Shown here piece by piece: positions 1 through 9,409 of a stretch of DNA of 64,000 nt. Source of the DNA: an uncultured Chlamydiae bacterium (GTDB taxonomy: Bacteria; Chlamydiota; Chlamydiia; Chlamydiales; Parachlamydiaceae); the NCBI GenBank assembly GCA_963754655.1, contig CAVWGN010000001.1, positions 2,304,001-2,368,000 on the forward strand, written 5' to 3'. The stretch's first letter is position 1. Every line of letters starts with the position of its first letter. The notes under the pieces are model-generated. The model saw only the letters and a program-made list of their open reading frames with translations, was not told the DNA's origin and made no database searches. A program made the translations under genes and the position numbers.

Positions 1-133
1 TTGCATTTTTGTAAAAATTCTCGCAATTTAATTAATTATCAATTTTGATGATGAAAGATTAGATGATTTTAATCTTCTTTTAGGATAAATTCAAGAAAGG
101 AATTTCTTTTCATTTTAATTAAAGGATCTTTTT

Positions 134-658
134 ATGAAAAAAATTGCAACTTTGTGCTTGAGCAGTCTATCATTATTAAGTGCGACCTTATTAATGGGTC
201 AATCTTATCCATCAGGTGATTATTCTCAAAATCCCTATGCAGGTAATCAAATCAATTGGCTAAGAAATTATTCTGATGCGGTAGCTTTATCTCAATCCAC
301 TTCCAAACCCATAGCCATTTTATTTACGGGCACAGGCTGGTGTCCTGCCTGCATGAAGTTAGAGCGAGCTGTTCTAAACAATCCAGAATTTACACAAGCA
401 GTCGGCCAAAGATTTGTTTTTTTAAAGGCTGAGTTTCCCGATTATTCAGAACAAGCTGTGATGGCTTCTCCCTATAAACCTTTGCTGGATCGCTACGGAA
501 TCAATGAATTTCCCACCATTGTCGTCGTCAATACCAATGGCCAGCTGCTGTATACAGTCAATTATCGAGAAGGCGGACCTCAGGCCTATGCACAGGAATT
601 ACTGCAAAAGCTCAATCAAGGAAGTTCTATGACTCCTAACTCCCATCATCGATTCTAA
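134..658 (+). CDS. Exported thioredoxin-fold thiol-disulfide oxidoreductase (DsbH-like)
   Basis: N-terminal signal-like peptide, FTGTGWCPAC (CxxC) motif, cis-Pro-type FPT motif. Confidence 0.8.
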   Translation: MKKIATLCLSSLSLLSATLLMGQSYPSGDYSQNPYAGNQINWLRNYSDAVALSQSTSKPIAILFTGTGWCPACMKLERAVLNNPEFTQAVGQRFVFLKAEFPDYSEQAVMASPYKPLLDRYGINEFPTIVVVNTNGQLLYTVNYREGGPQAYAQELLQKLNQGSSMTPNSHHRF

Positions 659-689
659 GCTTTCTTACATTTTTTTCTCTGCATAAAGC

Positions 690-2699
690 TCAAACTACCC
701 GCCAATCGGTCACACGCAATACTTCTTTAGGAATTTCAAATAAGAAGCGAGAGGGGCGGCTAACCGCCTCTTTTCCCATACGCTTGCGTTGCTGCGCCAT
801 ACTCAGCGTGAGATGTTGACGAGCGCGCGTAATTGCCACGTACATCAACCGTCTTTCTTCTTCTAATCCTGTTTCTTTTAAGCTTTTTTCATGCGGAATG
901 ATATGATCTTCTAATCCAACTAAGAAGCATGCAGGAAATTCTAATCCTTTAGCACTATGGAAGGTCATCAATTGCACTCGATCATCATGATGACGCTTCT
1001 TATTGGCTTGCATCAATTGATTATCTAAGGTGAGATTCGCAATAAAGGTAGACAAAGATCTATCCAATTCTGGATGGCATTTTGCTTTTTCTTCAAACTC
1101 AGCTAAGGAAGAGATAAATTCCTGAACATTTTCACTTTTAAAATCGCGCATCTGTTGACTCTTTACTTCTTCTTTAATGGCGCGTTGGTAATCGATGCGC
1201 TCAATTAACCACTGAAGAGTTTCGGCTAAATTCCCCTTGTCAAAGCGCTCCTTTGCTTCCTCCAAAGCCCCAATGAAATCTTCTAAGCCTTTATAAGCTT
1301 TAGCATGAAGAGCAAAATGAATAAAGCGTGAATCACGCTGCACCACTCCTTTTAGAACCTCCCATAAGGGTAACTGATGCTGACGATTATATGTCGTCAA
1401 TAAGTCTAACGTTTCTTCGCCTATCCCTCGCCGCGGCTGATTGATGATGCGCAGCAAAGCTTCTTGATCGAGTGGATTGACGATTAAGCGCAGATAGGCA
1501 CATAAATCCTTCACTTCACGCCTTTCGTAAAATTCTACTCCTCCAACAACTTCATAGGGAATTCCTTGAATCCACTGCTGTCCATTTTTCCAGGTATGCT
1601 TCATGAGAGCAAGCTCAAATTGCCGCGATAAAGCATTAGAGCGATAAAGAATCGCCATATCGCGCCAACGCAATCCTTGCACTTCTCTGAGCTTCACTAT
1701 GCGCTTCACAATAGCTTGCGCTTCTTCTTGTTCATTAGGCGAGTGAAAAATTTCAATGGCTTCTCCTTCTCCTTTATCGCTCCACAACGCTTTGTCATGC
1801 CGTTGCTGATTATTTTTAATCACAGCATTGGCTGCTTTTAAAATCATATTTGTCGAGCGATAATTTTGCTCAAGCTTAATCACTGTGGCTTGATCAAAGA
1901 GCAAAATATTTTTGACATCTGCTCCTCGCCAACCATAAATAGATTGATCATCATCTCCTACCACACATAAATTTTGGTACTTAGCAGCAAGCAAAGAAGC
2001 TAATCGATATTGAATAGGATTTGTATCTTGGTATTCATCGATCATAAGATACCGATAACGCTCCTGATACTTTTCAAGAACATGTGGAAACCGTTCAAAA
2101 AGTTCGACGGTCAATCCCAATAAATTATCAAAATCGACGGCATTGTAGGCGCGCATGCTCGCTTGCAAGCGTCTATAGACTTCTTTCGCAAAACCATCAT
2201 GCCAAGAACCCTCTTCAAGCTGATCAGGAGTCAATCCTTTATTTTTAGCTTGGCGAATCGCCGCCAAAGTAGGAGCTAAAGAAGGCAGCTCCCCTTCTTG
2301 CTGCAAAATGTCGCGCGCAATAAGGTTGATCAGCCGCTGAACGTCCTGCTCATCATAAAGACTAAATTTAGTGGTATAGCCAAGGTGGTCAATATCATGG
2401 CGCAGAATCTGCATGCAGAAGCTATGAAAAGTGCACAGCATCACTTGCGCAGCTGCCTGCGCCTCCACAAAAGTAGCTAACCGATGACGCATTTCTGCTG
2501 CGGCTTTATTTGTAAAAGTTAATCCCAAAATTGCTTTGGGAGAAACCCTTTTTTCCTGAATCAAATAAGCCATTCTTAACGTCAAAACACGCGTTTTGCC
2601 ACTCCCAGCTCCAGCCAAAATCAATACACGCCCATTGATCAATTCTACAGCTCGTCTTTGATGGGGATTAAGTAAATCAATTTCTTTACAAATAGTCAT
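690..2699 (-). CDS. UvrD/Rep/PcrA superfamily 1 DNA helicase
   Basis: AGAGSGKT Walker A, TFTNKAA, DEYQDTN, VGDDDQSIYGWRGA, LEQNYRST, TFHSAKGLEF, EERRLMYVAITRA. Confidence 0.95.
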   Translation of the reverse strand: MTICKEIDLLNPHQRRAVELINGRVLILAGAGSGKTRVLTLRMAYLIQEKRVSPKAILGLTFTNKAAAEMRHRLATFVEAQAAAQVMLCTFHSFCMQILRHDIDHLGYTTKFSLYDEQDVQRLINLIARDILQQEGELPSLAPTLAAIRQAKNKGLTPDQLEEGSWHDGFAKEVYRRLQASMRAYNAVDFDNLLGLTVELFERFPHVLEKYQERYRYLMIDEYQDTNPIQYRLASLLAAKYQNLCVVGDDDQSIYGWRGADVKNILLFDQATVIKLEQNYRSTNMILKAANAVIKNNQQRHDKALWSDKGEGEAIEIFHSPNEQEEAQAIVKRIVKLREVQGLRWRDMAILYRSNALSRQFELALMKHTWKNGQQWIQGIPYEVVGGVEFYERREVKDLCAYLRLIVNPLDQEALLRIINQPRRGIGEETLDLLTTYNRQHQLPLWEVLKGVVQRDSRFIHFALHAKAYKGLEDFIGALEEAKERFDKGNLAETLQWLIERIDYQRAIKEEVKSQQMRDFKSENVQEFISSLAEFEEKAKCHPELDRSLSTFIANLTLDNQLMQANKKRHHDDRVQLMTFHSAKGLEFPACFLVGLEDHIIPHEKSLKETGLEEERRLMYVAITRARQHLTLSMAQQRKRMGKEAVSRPSRFLFEIPKEVLRVTDWRVV

Positions 2700-2829
2700 C
2701 TTTTGTCTCTTTCCTCAATAGAATGAATTTACTTTTTTATTAGTTTGATTAAAAAAATTCTTGCCATAGAAGTGTTTCAGTTAATATCAATTTAATGGTC
2801 GCACATTCGGCCAAATTCAAATTCGGCAT

Positions 2830-3168
2830 TCACTTCGGGATATCAAGAGAAAAACAAGCCAGTTTATCTAAAAAGGAAAGAAATTCTTGTTGAATATCCG
2901 ATAAAGTAGCATTGAGAGCTTGAGAGCGCGGGCGAATCACAATATCAAAAGTCTTTTGAAAGTGAGGATAGGAGAGACGAAAAGCTTCACGCACCAGTCG
3001 TTTAAAACGGTTACGTTGATGAGCAGCCCCATAACGCTTTGTAGCAGTAATTCCTAGTCTAGAAAAAACACCTGTCGTAAGACGGATATCTACTAGAATC
3101 CATTGCCCTGTAAATTTGAATGTTTTTTGAGTCATGCGCTGGTACTGATGACGAGTACGCAAGCGCAT
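2830..3168 (-). CDS. rnpA: Ribonuclease P protein component (true start may lie upstream, see findings)
   Basis: RLGITATKRYG-AHQRNRFKRLVREAFR (RNR motif); directly downstream of rpmH. Confidence 0.92.
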   Translation of the reverse strand: MRLRTRHQYQRMTQKTFKFTGQWILVDIRLTTGVFSRLGITATKRYGAAHQRNRFKRLVREAFRLSYPHFQKTFDIVIRPRSQALNATLSDIQQEFLSFLDKLACFSLDIPK

Positions 3169-3188
3169 AGATTTAGAAAAAGAATAAT

Positions 3189-3326
3189 TTAGACGCGTGT
3201 TAATTGCTTACGTCCATGTCTGCGGCGTCTATTGATCAGTTTGCGACCACTGGCAGTGCTCATTCTTTTTAAAAAACCATGCTCAGAAGCACGGCGACGT
3301 TTGCTGGGTTGATAGGTACGTTTCAC
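3189..3326 (-). CDS. rpmH: 50S ribosomal protein L34
   Basis: Hand-translated from GTG at 3326: [45 protein letters not shown]; below the ORF-track length cutoff. Confidence 0.97.
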   Translation of the reverse strand: MKRTYQPSKRRRASEHGFLKRMSTASGRKLINRRRRHGRKQLTRV

Positions 3327-3573
3327 GGTAAATCTTCCTTACAAGTGATTTTTCTTAACAATTCATTTATTGACTTGGCCAAAAGGATAAGAGTTTTAGG
3401 AAATAAAAGCAACAATTTATTCTAGCTTTCAGCGTCTCTCCCTAAATTTCATCTTTCTCATGACAAAAAGATTGAATAAAAATTGTGTTTTGCTTTATAA
3501 CTAATGCTTACTTTATCTCAATTTTAAGAGTCTAGTAAACAAATCATTGGCTGCAAAGGACCTCAGCCACAAT

Positions 3574-3643
3574 CTAGTGCTCGTTGACAGGAGTTTGGGT
3601 ATATTTGTCCAAATATACCCAAACTCCTGTCAACGAGCACTAG
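3574..3643. repeat. Perfect 70-bp palindrome with CTAG termini
   Basis: 34-bp arms ctagtgctcgttgacaggagtttgggtatatttg and its exact reverse complement, 2-nt loop. Confidence 0.95.
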
Positions 3644-3702
3644 GATTCAATCATCCAAAGAAAGGTCGACATCTTTACTGATTAATGAATTAGGAAACTG
3701 TC

Positions 3703-3840
3703 ATGAAAGTTAAAGCATCGGTTAAAGCTGATCCTTCTAAAGGCGATATTCTTGTGCGTCGTTCTGGTCGTTTATACGTGATTAACAAAAAAGATCCTAA
3801 CCGCAAGCAACGTCAAAAAGGCCCAGCCCGAAAAAAATAA
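3703..3840 (+). CDS. rpmJ: 50S ribosomal protein L36 (zinc-free, chlamydial type)
   Basis: Hand-translated: [45 protein letters not shown]. Confidence 0.96.
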   Translation: MKVKASVKADPSKGDILVRRSGRLYVINKKDPNRKQRQKGPARKK

Positions 3841-3850
3841 GGAAATCAAA

Positions 3851-4156
3851 ATGGCGAAAAAGTCATCTGTAGAAAAACAAAAGCGTCGCGAAAGGCTTGT
3901 CAACCTTAAATGGGCAAAAAGACAGGAACTACGCGATAAAGTTTACAATATGAATCTCAGCGAAGAAGAAAGAGAGCAAGCGCGTACTGCCCTCAATAAA
4001 ATGCCTAGAGATTCTTCTCCAATCCGTTTGAGAAATCGGTGCCAAATGACAGGCCGTCCCCGTGGCTATCTACGCAAGTTTAAACTTTCACGTCTTAGTT
4101 TCCGTGAACTTGCCTCTATGGGAATGATCCCAGGAGTGACGAAGTCTAGCTGGTAA
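3851..4156 (+). CDS. rpsN: 30S ribosomal protein S14 (long, zinc-free type)
   Basis: MAKKS...[23 protein letters not shown]...PGVTKSSW. Confidence 0.97.
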   Translation: MAKKSSVEKQKRRERLVNLKWAKRQELRDKVYNMNLSEEEREQARTALNKMPRDSSPIRLRNRCQMTGRPRGYLRKFKLSRLSFRELASMGMIPGVTKSSW

Positions 4157-4159
4157 ACT

Positions 4160-4261
4160 TCTAGAGAAAAGCGTCAAATCAATAGAACGATAGGGATAGG
4201 GGTAGGAGGAGAAGACTCTCCGTAACCCCTATGGTTTTATTGATTTGACGCTTTTTTCTAT
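4160..4261. repeat. Imperfect ~100-bp inverted repeat between convergent genes; may act as a terminator
   Basis: ctagagaaaagcgtcaaatcaata...tattgatttgacgcttttttcta, with inner atagggg/cccctat pairing. Confidence 0.75.
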
Positions 4262-4788
4262 TATAGTTTATTCAAGGCAGCTTTTAGATCAGATAAATGA
4301 TCGACTTTTTCCCACTTTTCCATTCCCTCTGTCCAGACATAACTATTCAGCTCAAGCTGTCCTCGATTCCACAGTTCTCGCAAAGCAATTATGCTGACAG
4401 GACCCATCTGCTGATGATTTTGATCTAGATAATACCAAAGCTTATCCTCTTGCCGCTTGAGTTCTTCCTGATTAGGGACCGTAGAAGGTAAATATTGAAG
4501 AGAAGGATCAGGCTCAGAAACCGTCATGGTAGGCATTCCATTATTGCTTCGCTCATTTTTAACGGATGGAAAAAAAAGAAGAATGAGAGGAGCGAAAATC
4601 CCTAATAAAACTCCTAGGATAAACCAGAGCAAGGGATTCCTCCCTTTCGATTTGGCAAAATAGGCAGTTAAACTTGCTATAATCAAAAGAAGTAGAAAGC
4701 TCAAGAGTATATTTAAATCTGTATGAGGCATGGAAAATCCTTTGCAATGTTGCCATTTATAATAACCTAAGTTTGTTTTTTTCGCCAT
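4261..4788 (-). CDS. Membrane protein with C-terminal GYF_2 (DUF4339)-like domain
   Basis: Two hydrophobic segments, then WYYLD..QQMGPVS..L..L..GQL..SYVWTEGM..W; real start may be the internal Met (MPHTD). Confidence 0.75.
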   Translation of the reverse strand: MAKKTNLGYYKWQHCKGFSMPHTDLNILLSFLLLLIIASLTAYFAKSKGRNPLLWFILGVLLGIFAPLILLFFPSVKNERSNNGMPTMTVSEPDPSLQYLPSTVPNQEELKRQEDKLWYYLDQNHQQMGPVSIIALRELWNRGQLELNSYVWTEGMEKWEKVDHLSDLKAALNKL

Positions 4789-4995
4789 TGGGTATGCGTG
4801 AAAGCCTCATGATTGAGCAGTTAAGCGTTAGCCCAAATGAAAAAAACCAACCCTCGTATGAGGAGTTTTTTGTCTTTTATGTCCTTTATCAACCTGCTTT
4901 AATTGCATCCTTAGACGCCAAAAACGCTAGTCAGATTAAAAAAATCATGGTAATCTATTAGGAAACACCTGTCAACTCTGCAAGGAGAATTTATC

Positions 4996-5484
4996 ATGGT
5001 TAATCCTAAATTAAAAGTTGATAAGAAAAAAGTCGATACTAAAGAATTTGAGCTACCTGAAACAGTATTTATCCGTGATATTGAAGATAAAGTCTTTCAA
5101 TCAATTGTTCTCCAATGCTTAGCACAGATTGAAGGGATTAGCCTTGTCGAGGGAAATTTCATTGATCATGTACTAGGAAGAAGCGCAGAAGGTGTTAAGG
5201 GAATTTATGCAGAACAAGATGACAAAAATCAATCTGTTAACATCAAATTAGAAGTCAATATTCTCTATGGAACTAGTATTCCTGAAAAAGCGGAAGAAAT
5301 TCAAACCAAAATTGCTGATGAGATTACCAAATTAACCGGACTGCATGTTGCTTCTGTCCATGTCGTTTTTAAAAATGTCATCTCAATGGAACAAGCGAGC
5401 AAGCTTAGCCAGCAAGGCTCATCTCAAAACGCTCCTCAACTCATGGAATCCAATTTAGGAGAAGAATATTCGGATGAGTTTTAA
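4996..5484 (+). CDS. Asp23/Gls24 family envelope stress protein
   Basis: V..YGTSIPEKAEEIQ.KI..EI.KLTGLHV..VHV motif; aggag RBS upstream. Confidence 0.85.
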   Translation: MVNPKLKVDKKKVDTKEFELPETVFIRDIEDKVFQSIVLQCLAQIEGISLVEGNFIDHVLGRSAEGVKGIYAEQDDKNQSVNIKLEVNILYGTSIPEKAEEIQTKIADEITKLTGLHVASVHVVFKNVISMEQASKLSQQGSSQNAPQLMESNLGEEYSDEF

Positions 5485-6010
5485 ATTGGGTCGTTTTTTT
5501 TATCTTGCGATTAGCTTTATCATTGGCAGCTTTTTTTTCATTTTTGGAGCTTTTAGCATTGTACTTCCCTGGTCTTCTTTTTTACAGACCATTGCCACTC
5601 AATTTATTTTAGAAAACACTCTGATCCTTTCCCTTTTTGGTCTCGGATTTACCCTTATTGGCCTCTCCATCGTCATTTATGCCCTCCTTAAAACTCGCCA
5701 TCGCTATGTGCACATTCGAATAGGGGAATGGGGCGTAATTCTTGATGAAAAAGTCATTCATCAATACTTAGAAGCCTATTGGAAAAAGCATTTTCCTAAA
5801 TCGCACATCCCTTTCAATTTAAGCATCAAAAAACACTCTCTGCAAATTATTGCCGACCTTCCCTCCCTGCCCTTACGCGAACAAAAACTTTTCCTTGAAC
5901 AAGTCAAACAAGATTTCAATGATTTGTTTGGCCGGGTATTAGGCTATCCTTATGATGTTCATTTAATTGCTAGTTTCCAGGCAAATCAAACATCTGCAAA
6001 TCCCTCCTAA
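5474..6010 (+). CDS. Two-TM membrane protein, possible AmaP-like anchor of Asp23
   Basis: Two N-terminal hydrophobic helices plus a soluble domain; overlaps the Asp23 stop. Confidence 0.55.
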   Translation: MSFKLGRFFYLAISFIIGSFFFIFGAFSIVLPWSSFLQTIATQFILENTLILSLFGLGFTLIGLSIVIYALLKTRHRYVHIRIGEWGVILDEKVIHQYLEAYWKKHFPKSHIPFNLSIKKHSLQIIADLPSLPLREQKLFLEQVKQDFNDLFGRVLGYPYDVHLIASFQANQTSANPS

Positions 6011-7482
6011 ACCAACGGCACAACTTCCTGGCTGGAGCGTTGGAAAAATGCAAAAGGACGCGATGAATGGTGTGACAACATTCCTTGCTGCGCTCGAACA
6101 GAATGAGCAATTAATTGGGCCGTTTGGATAGCATAATAAAGCTGAATTTGTTCAATAGAACAGGAAGATAACTCATGGGGAGTATTCAGCAACGCGAGCT
6201 GATCTAGCAAAGCACAGCCGCGATCTAAATGGGCCCGGTCATGATGAATACCAACATAAGACCACATAATCTGCCGCAAGCATTTCCAATCTTCTTCTAC
6301 AATGGATGAGGAAGCGCCCACATGAGTAACACTTTCGCGAATATCTGGAAAATAATAAATAAACTTATTAGCTTGCTTTGCAATGTCTTCTGCGCAAGCC
6401 AACGCCCATGTTAAACTCTCTAATACACTTAATGACTCTTCTTTGTAATTCCAAAAGAGCCCTGTACAAGCGACTTCTCCAATTGCTCGCAAACGCTGTA
6501 TACTTGTTTGAGCTGCTCTGTCGATGGCAATTCCCCCGCATGTATGGGCAGCAACGGGTACAATAGGTAAGAGATCTTTGGCAATATTAAAACCATGGTT
6601 GAGACAATAGGTATCAACTGTTGGAAACTTTTCTTTTAAAGCAATAGGGTCTAAAAGTGTTAAATCCAACCATAAATGTTCACTGCGTGTCTTCAGTAAC
6701 TGATCATAAAATTGATGCACAAGATAACTAAGAGAAGAAACCTCGATTGCTAAAGGTGCTGTTTTTGAAGCGTAAATCATTCCTCCCTCTGCTAATAATT
6801 CGAGCGGAAGAGGAAAACAAGGACGATCCTTTTCAAATAGACCCATTGGATAAAATTGAATTTGATCCATATTCAGCAACCGGGCTCCTGCTCGATAAGC
6901 AATGGCAATTCCCCCTCCGCAGGCTGTAGATGAATGAGTGGAATAAGGGAATAAAGAAGGAGCGCCTCCGGTAGCTAAGATGGTTTCTTTTGCCAAATAA
7001 TATTCCAATCTCTGATTGTCATGATTATAAGCAACTACGCCAATACAAGCTGGCTTCTTATAGCGATCTGCTTTTTTAAGAGAGTGATGATCTAAAGTTA
7101 AAAGTTCAATAACGCTATGATGGGAGATGCATTCCACGTGAGAATGTTGTTTCAATTGATCTTGTAAACAACGATGAATATCAATATTGCCATTGCGATC
7201 GACAAGATAATTGGGTTCTAATAATTCATCGATACTGGGACGAGCTAAAATAGACAGGTGTTCATAAGCGCGCGAGCAGCTAACCTGCTCTTGCTTTTCC
7301 CTTTGCAATTCCCGCACTTTCTCTTCTAAGCTATCATGTCGAATAAAAGAAGCGTGGTAAACGCGTTGATCAAAAGGAGAAGTCATGATTGTAACAGCAA
7401 TTCCTCGTTTAGCCAAGGCCAAGGCCACAGCGCATCCTGCTATCCCAGCTCCTATAACTAAAATTTCTTTTGTCTTGACCAT
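6007..7482 (-). CDS. L-aspartate oxidase (NadB)-like FAD-binding protein, divergent
   Basis: VIGAGIAG FAD motif, ILATGG, AYRAGA, HTCGGI, AIGEVACTG, LRQIMWSYVGI; catalytic motifs altered. Confidence 0.75.
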   Translation of the reverse strand: MVKTKEILVIGAGIAGCAVALALAKRGIAVTIMTSPFDQRVYHASFIRHDSLEEKVRELQREKQEQVSCSRAYEHLSILARPSIDELLEPNYLVDRNGNIDIHRCLQDQLKQHSHVECISHHSVIELLTLDHHSLKKADRYKKPACIGVVAYNHDNQRLEYYLAKETILATGGAPSLFPYSTHSSTACGGGIAIAYRAGARLLNMDQIQFYPMGLFEKDRPCFPLPLELLAEGGMIYASKTAPLAIEVSSLSYLVHQFYDQLLKTRSEHLWLDLTLLDPIALKEKFPTVDTYCLNHGFNIAKDLLPIVPVAAHTCGGIAIDRAAQTSIQRLRAIGEVACTGLFWNYKEESLSVLESLTWALACAEDIAKQANKFIYYFPDIRESVTHVGASSSIVEEDWKCLRQIMWSYVGIHHDRAHLDRGCALLDQLALLNTPHELSSCSIEQIQLYYAIQTAQLIAHSVRAQQGMLSHHSSRPFAFFQRSSQEVVPLV

Positions 7483-7552
7483 ATCTCTCCTTTATTACTC
7501 GAAATAAATTGATACTTCCTTTAAAGTATATGCCTCGAAATAGGTTGGTCAA

Positions 7553-8179
7553 ATGAGGCATGCTTTTCCTCTCTTTCAATCCCACTTGGATTTAGCGCAT
7601 ACTTACTGGACGCAAATTGTTCAAAAAGGCGATCTTGCCATTGATGCAACATGCGGCAATGGTCATGATACTTTGAAATTATGCCAACTTAGCCTATCAA
7701 TCGACAAGGGTAAAGTCTATGCCTTTGATATTCAATCTCAAGCAATTAAGTCAACCCATCATTTTCTTGATACTCATCTGACAGGGGAATTAAAGTGCCG
7801 GGTGGACATTCGACACTGTTGCCATTCGGCTTTTCCCACAGACATTCTTCCACAAAGCATAAAATTGATTGTTTATAATCTGGGTTATTTACCAGGTGGA
7901 AATAAGGATCAAACCACGCAAGTGGAAACGACCCTGACAAGCTTGCATCACGCTCAAAAGCTATTGCAACCAGGAGGTGTCATCAGTATCACTTGTTATT
8001 CAGGTCATACAGAAGGCGCAAAAGAGCAAGCCGCTATTTTAGACTATGTTTCGTGCTTATCGCCTAAAGAATGGAGCTGTTGCCACCATGTTTGGCTTAA
8101 TCGACAGCAAGCTCCTAGCTTACTTATCCTTCAGCATCAAATCCCACTACCGTTCGATAGCAAAGCAAAAGATGATTGA
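7553..8179 (+). CDS. Class I SAM-dependent methyltransferase (YtqB/MnmM-like)
   Basis: IDATCGNGHDT, VYAFDIQ, YNLGYLPGG, YSGH.EG..E motifs. Confidence 0.85.
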   Translation: MRHAFPLFQSHLDLAHTYWTQIVQKGDLAIDATCGNGHDTLKLCQLSLSIDKGKVYAFDIQSQAIKSTHHFLDTHLTGELKCRVDIRHCCHSAFPTDILPQSIKLIVYNLGYLPGGNKDQTTQVETTLTSLHHAQKLLQPGGVISITCYSGHTEGAKEQAAILDYVSCLSPKEWSCCHHVWLNRQQAPSLLILQHQIPLPFDSKAKDD

Positions 8180-8714
8180 CACCATTAAGGGCAGAATGAG
8201 GGCAAGATTCCGTAGGAAGGTGATAGCGCTGAGCAATAGTATTTTTAGACAAACTCATTTCCTTTGGAAATGGATCGCCTCTTTCTCGATAGGTTTTAAT
8301 CTCTAAGGCCCAATACATAGAAGCAAAATCCAACCAATGATAAGGCCAACGTTTTTGCTCTTGAGTATAGATATCAATAAGTTGAGCAAAAAAATTGCGG
8401 TCAAAAGCTGGATTCTGACAAAGATAAATTGTTGTTCCTCGTAGGATTTGAAGATCGGTAAAAATTTGAATAATTTCTTCACGGACAATCGCCTCTTCCT
8501 TGCCCAATTGAACTTTATCCCATGTAAATCCATTCACTTCGATGCTAACGGGATCGCGCCTTTCCCAGACCTCTAATGGCTGTTTCACAATGGTTTGATA
8601 AGTCAGCTTTTCGTAACCAGAGGGTACATCAACGACCTTAAAAGCTATTTCCAAAAGCCGATGAGAAAAAGGATCAAGACCTGTGGTTTCAGTATCTAAG
8701 AAAATGACTTGCAT
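8124..8714 (-). CDS. DEDD-family 3'-5' exonuclease
   Basis: FLDTETTGLD (ExoI), QNPAFD (ExoII), HSAL (ExoIII region). Confidence 0.8.
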   Translation of the reverse strand: MQVIFLDTETTGLDPFSHRLLEIAFKVVDVPSGYEKLTYQTIVKQPLEVWERRDPVSIEVNGFTWDKVQLGKEEAIVREEIIQIFTDLQILRGTTIYLCQNPAFDRNFFAQLIDIYTQEQKRWPYHWLDFASMYWALEIKTYRERGDPFPKEMSLSKNTIAQRYHLPTESCPHSALNGVNHLLLCYRTVVGFDAEG

Positions 8715-8964
8715 AAATTTTGAATTACCTTAAATCAAAGAAAAGGGGTTCCCATATAGCAAAAATTAGAGACGCATTCAACAAGTTTTTATTAAATAGC
8801 CAAAAACCATCTTTTAGGTAAACTCCCTAGCTTTCTAAAGCCTTTTCTCAAGTATTTAATAATCAAATAGAATGGAAAAAGCCCACTTGTAAAAACAAAG
8901 ATTTTTGTTGCTTGCAAGATAAAATTATGGTTATGATTAAGAGGTTTTAACAAAATTAGCAATT

Positions 8965-9339
8965 ATGAAAGTATTTAAACCTCTTTTACAGCTTTTTGTC
9001 CGCTTTCGTTATCCGGTGTCCATGCCTGAAGATGTGGCTGCTGATTTAGGAATTAATATTACAAATTCTTTGAATTTCCAAGAATTTATGAGTTGTCTAA
9101 TAGATCCCCGCTATCGCCCAACCAAATTGACTCGCTTTATGCCACGTGATCAAGCAGAAGATATCTTTCGCTTGGCTAGACGCAAGGAAAGATTTCCACA
9201 AAATTCCTTAATCTCTTATTATTTTAAAGGAGGGTGGATGGAATTTGTTTTGCAATTTGACGAGCAATCACGCTTAAGACGCCTTTACATTCGACACAAA
9301 GACCTTAAACACAAGCATGAGATCCCAATCTCTTCCTAA
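8965..9339 (+). CDS. Hypothetical protein
   Basis: 124-aa ORF with ATG start, co-oriented upstream of nusB. Confidence 0.65.
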   Translation: MKVFKPLLQLFVRFRYPVSMPEDVAADLGINITNSLNFQEFMSCLIDPRYRPTKLTRFMPRDQAEDIFRLARRKERFPQNSLISYYFKGGWMEFVLQFDEQSRLRRLYIRHKDLKHKHEIPISS

Positions 9340-9409
9340 AGTTGCAAATCTTGCCTGCTTCTGCTACACTTTCCCACGTTTTATTAATTGTCTATTGATT
9401 TAGGATCCT

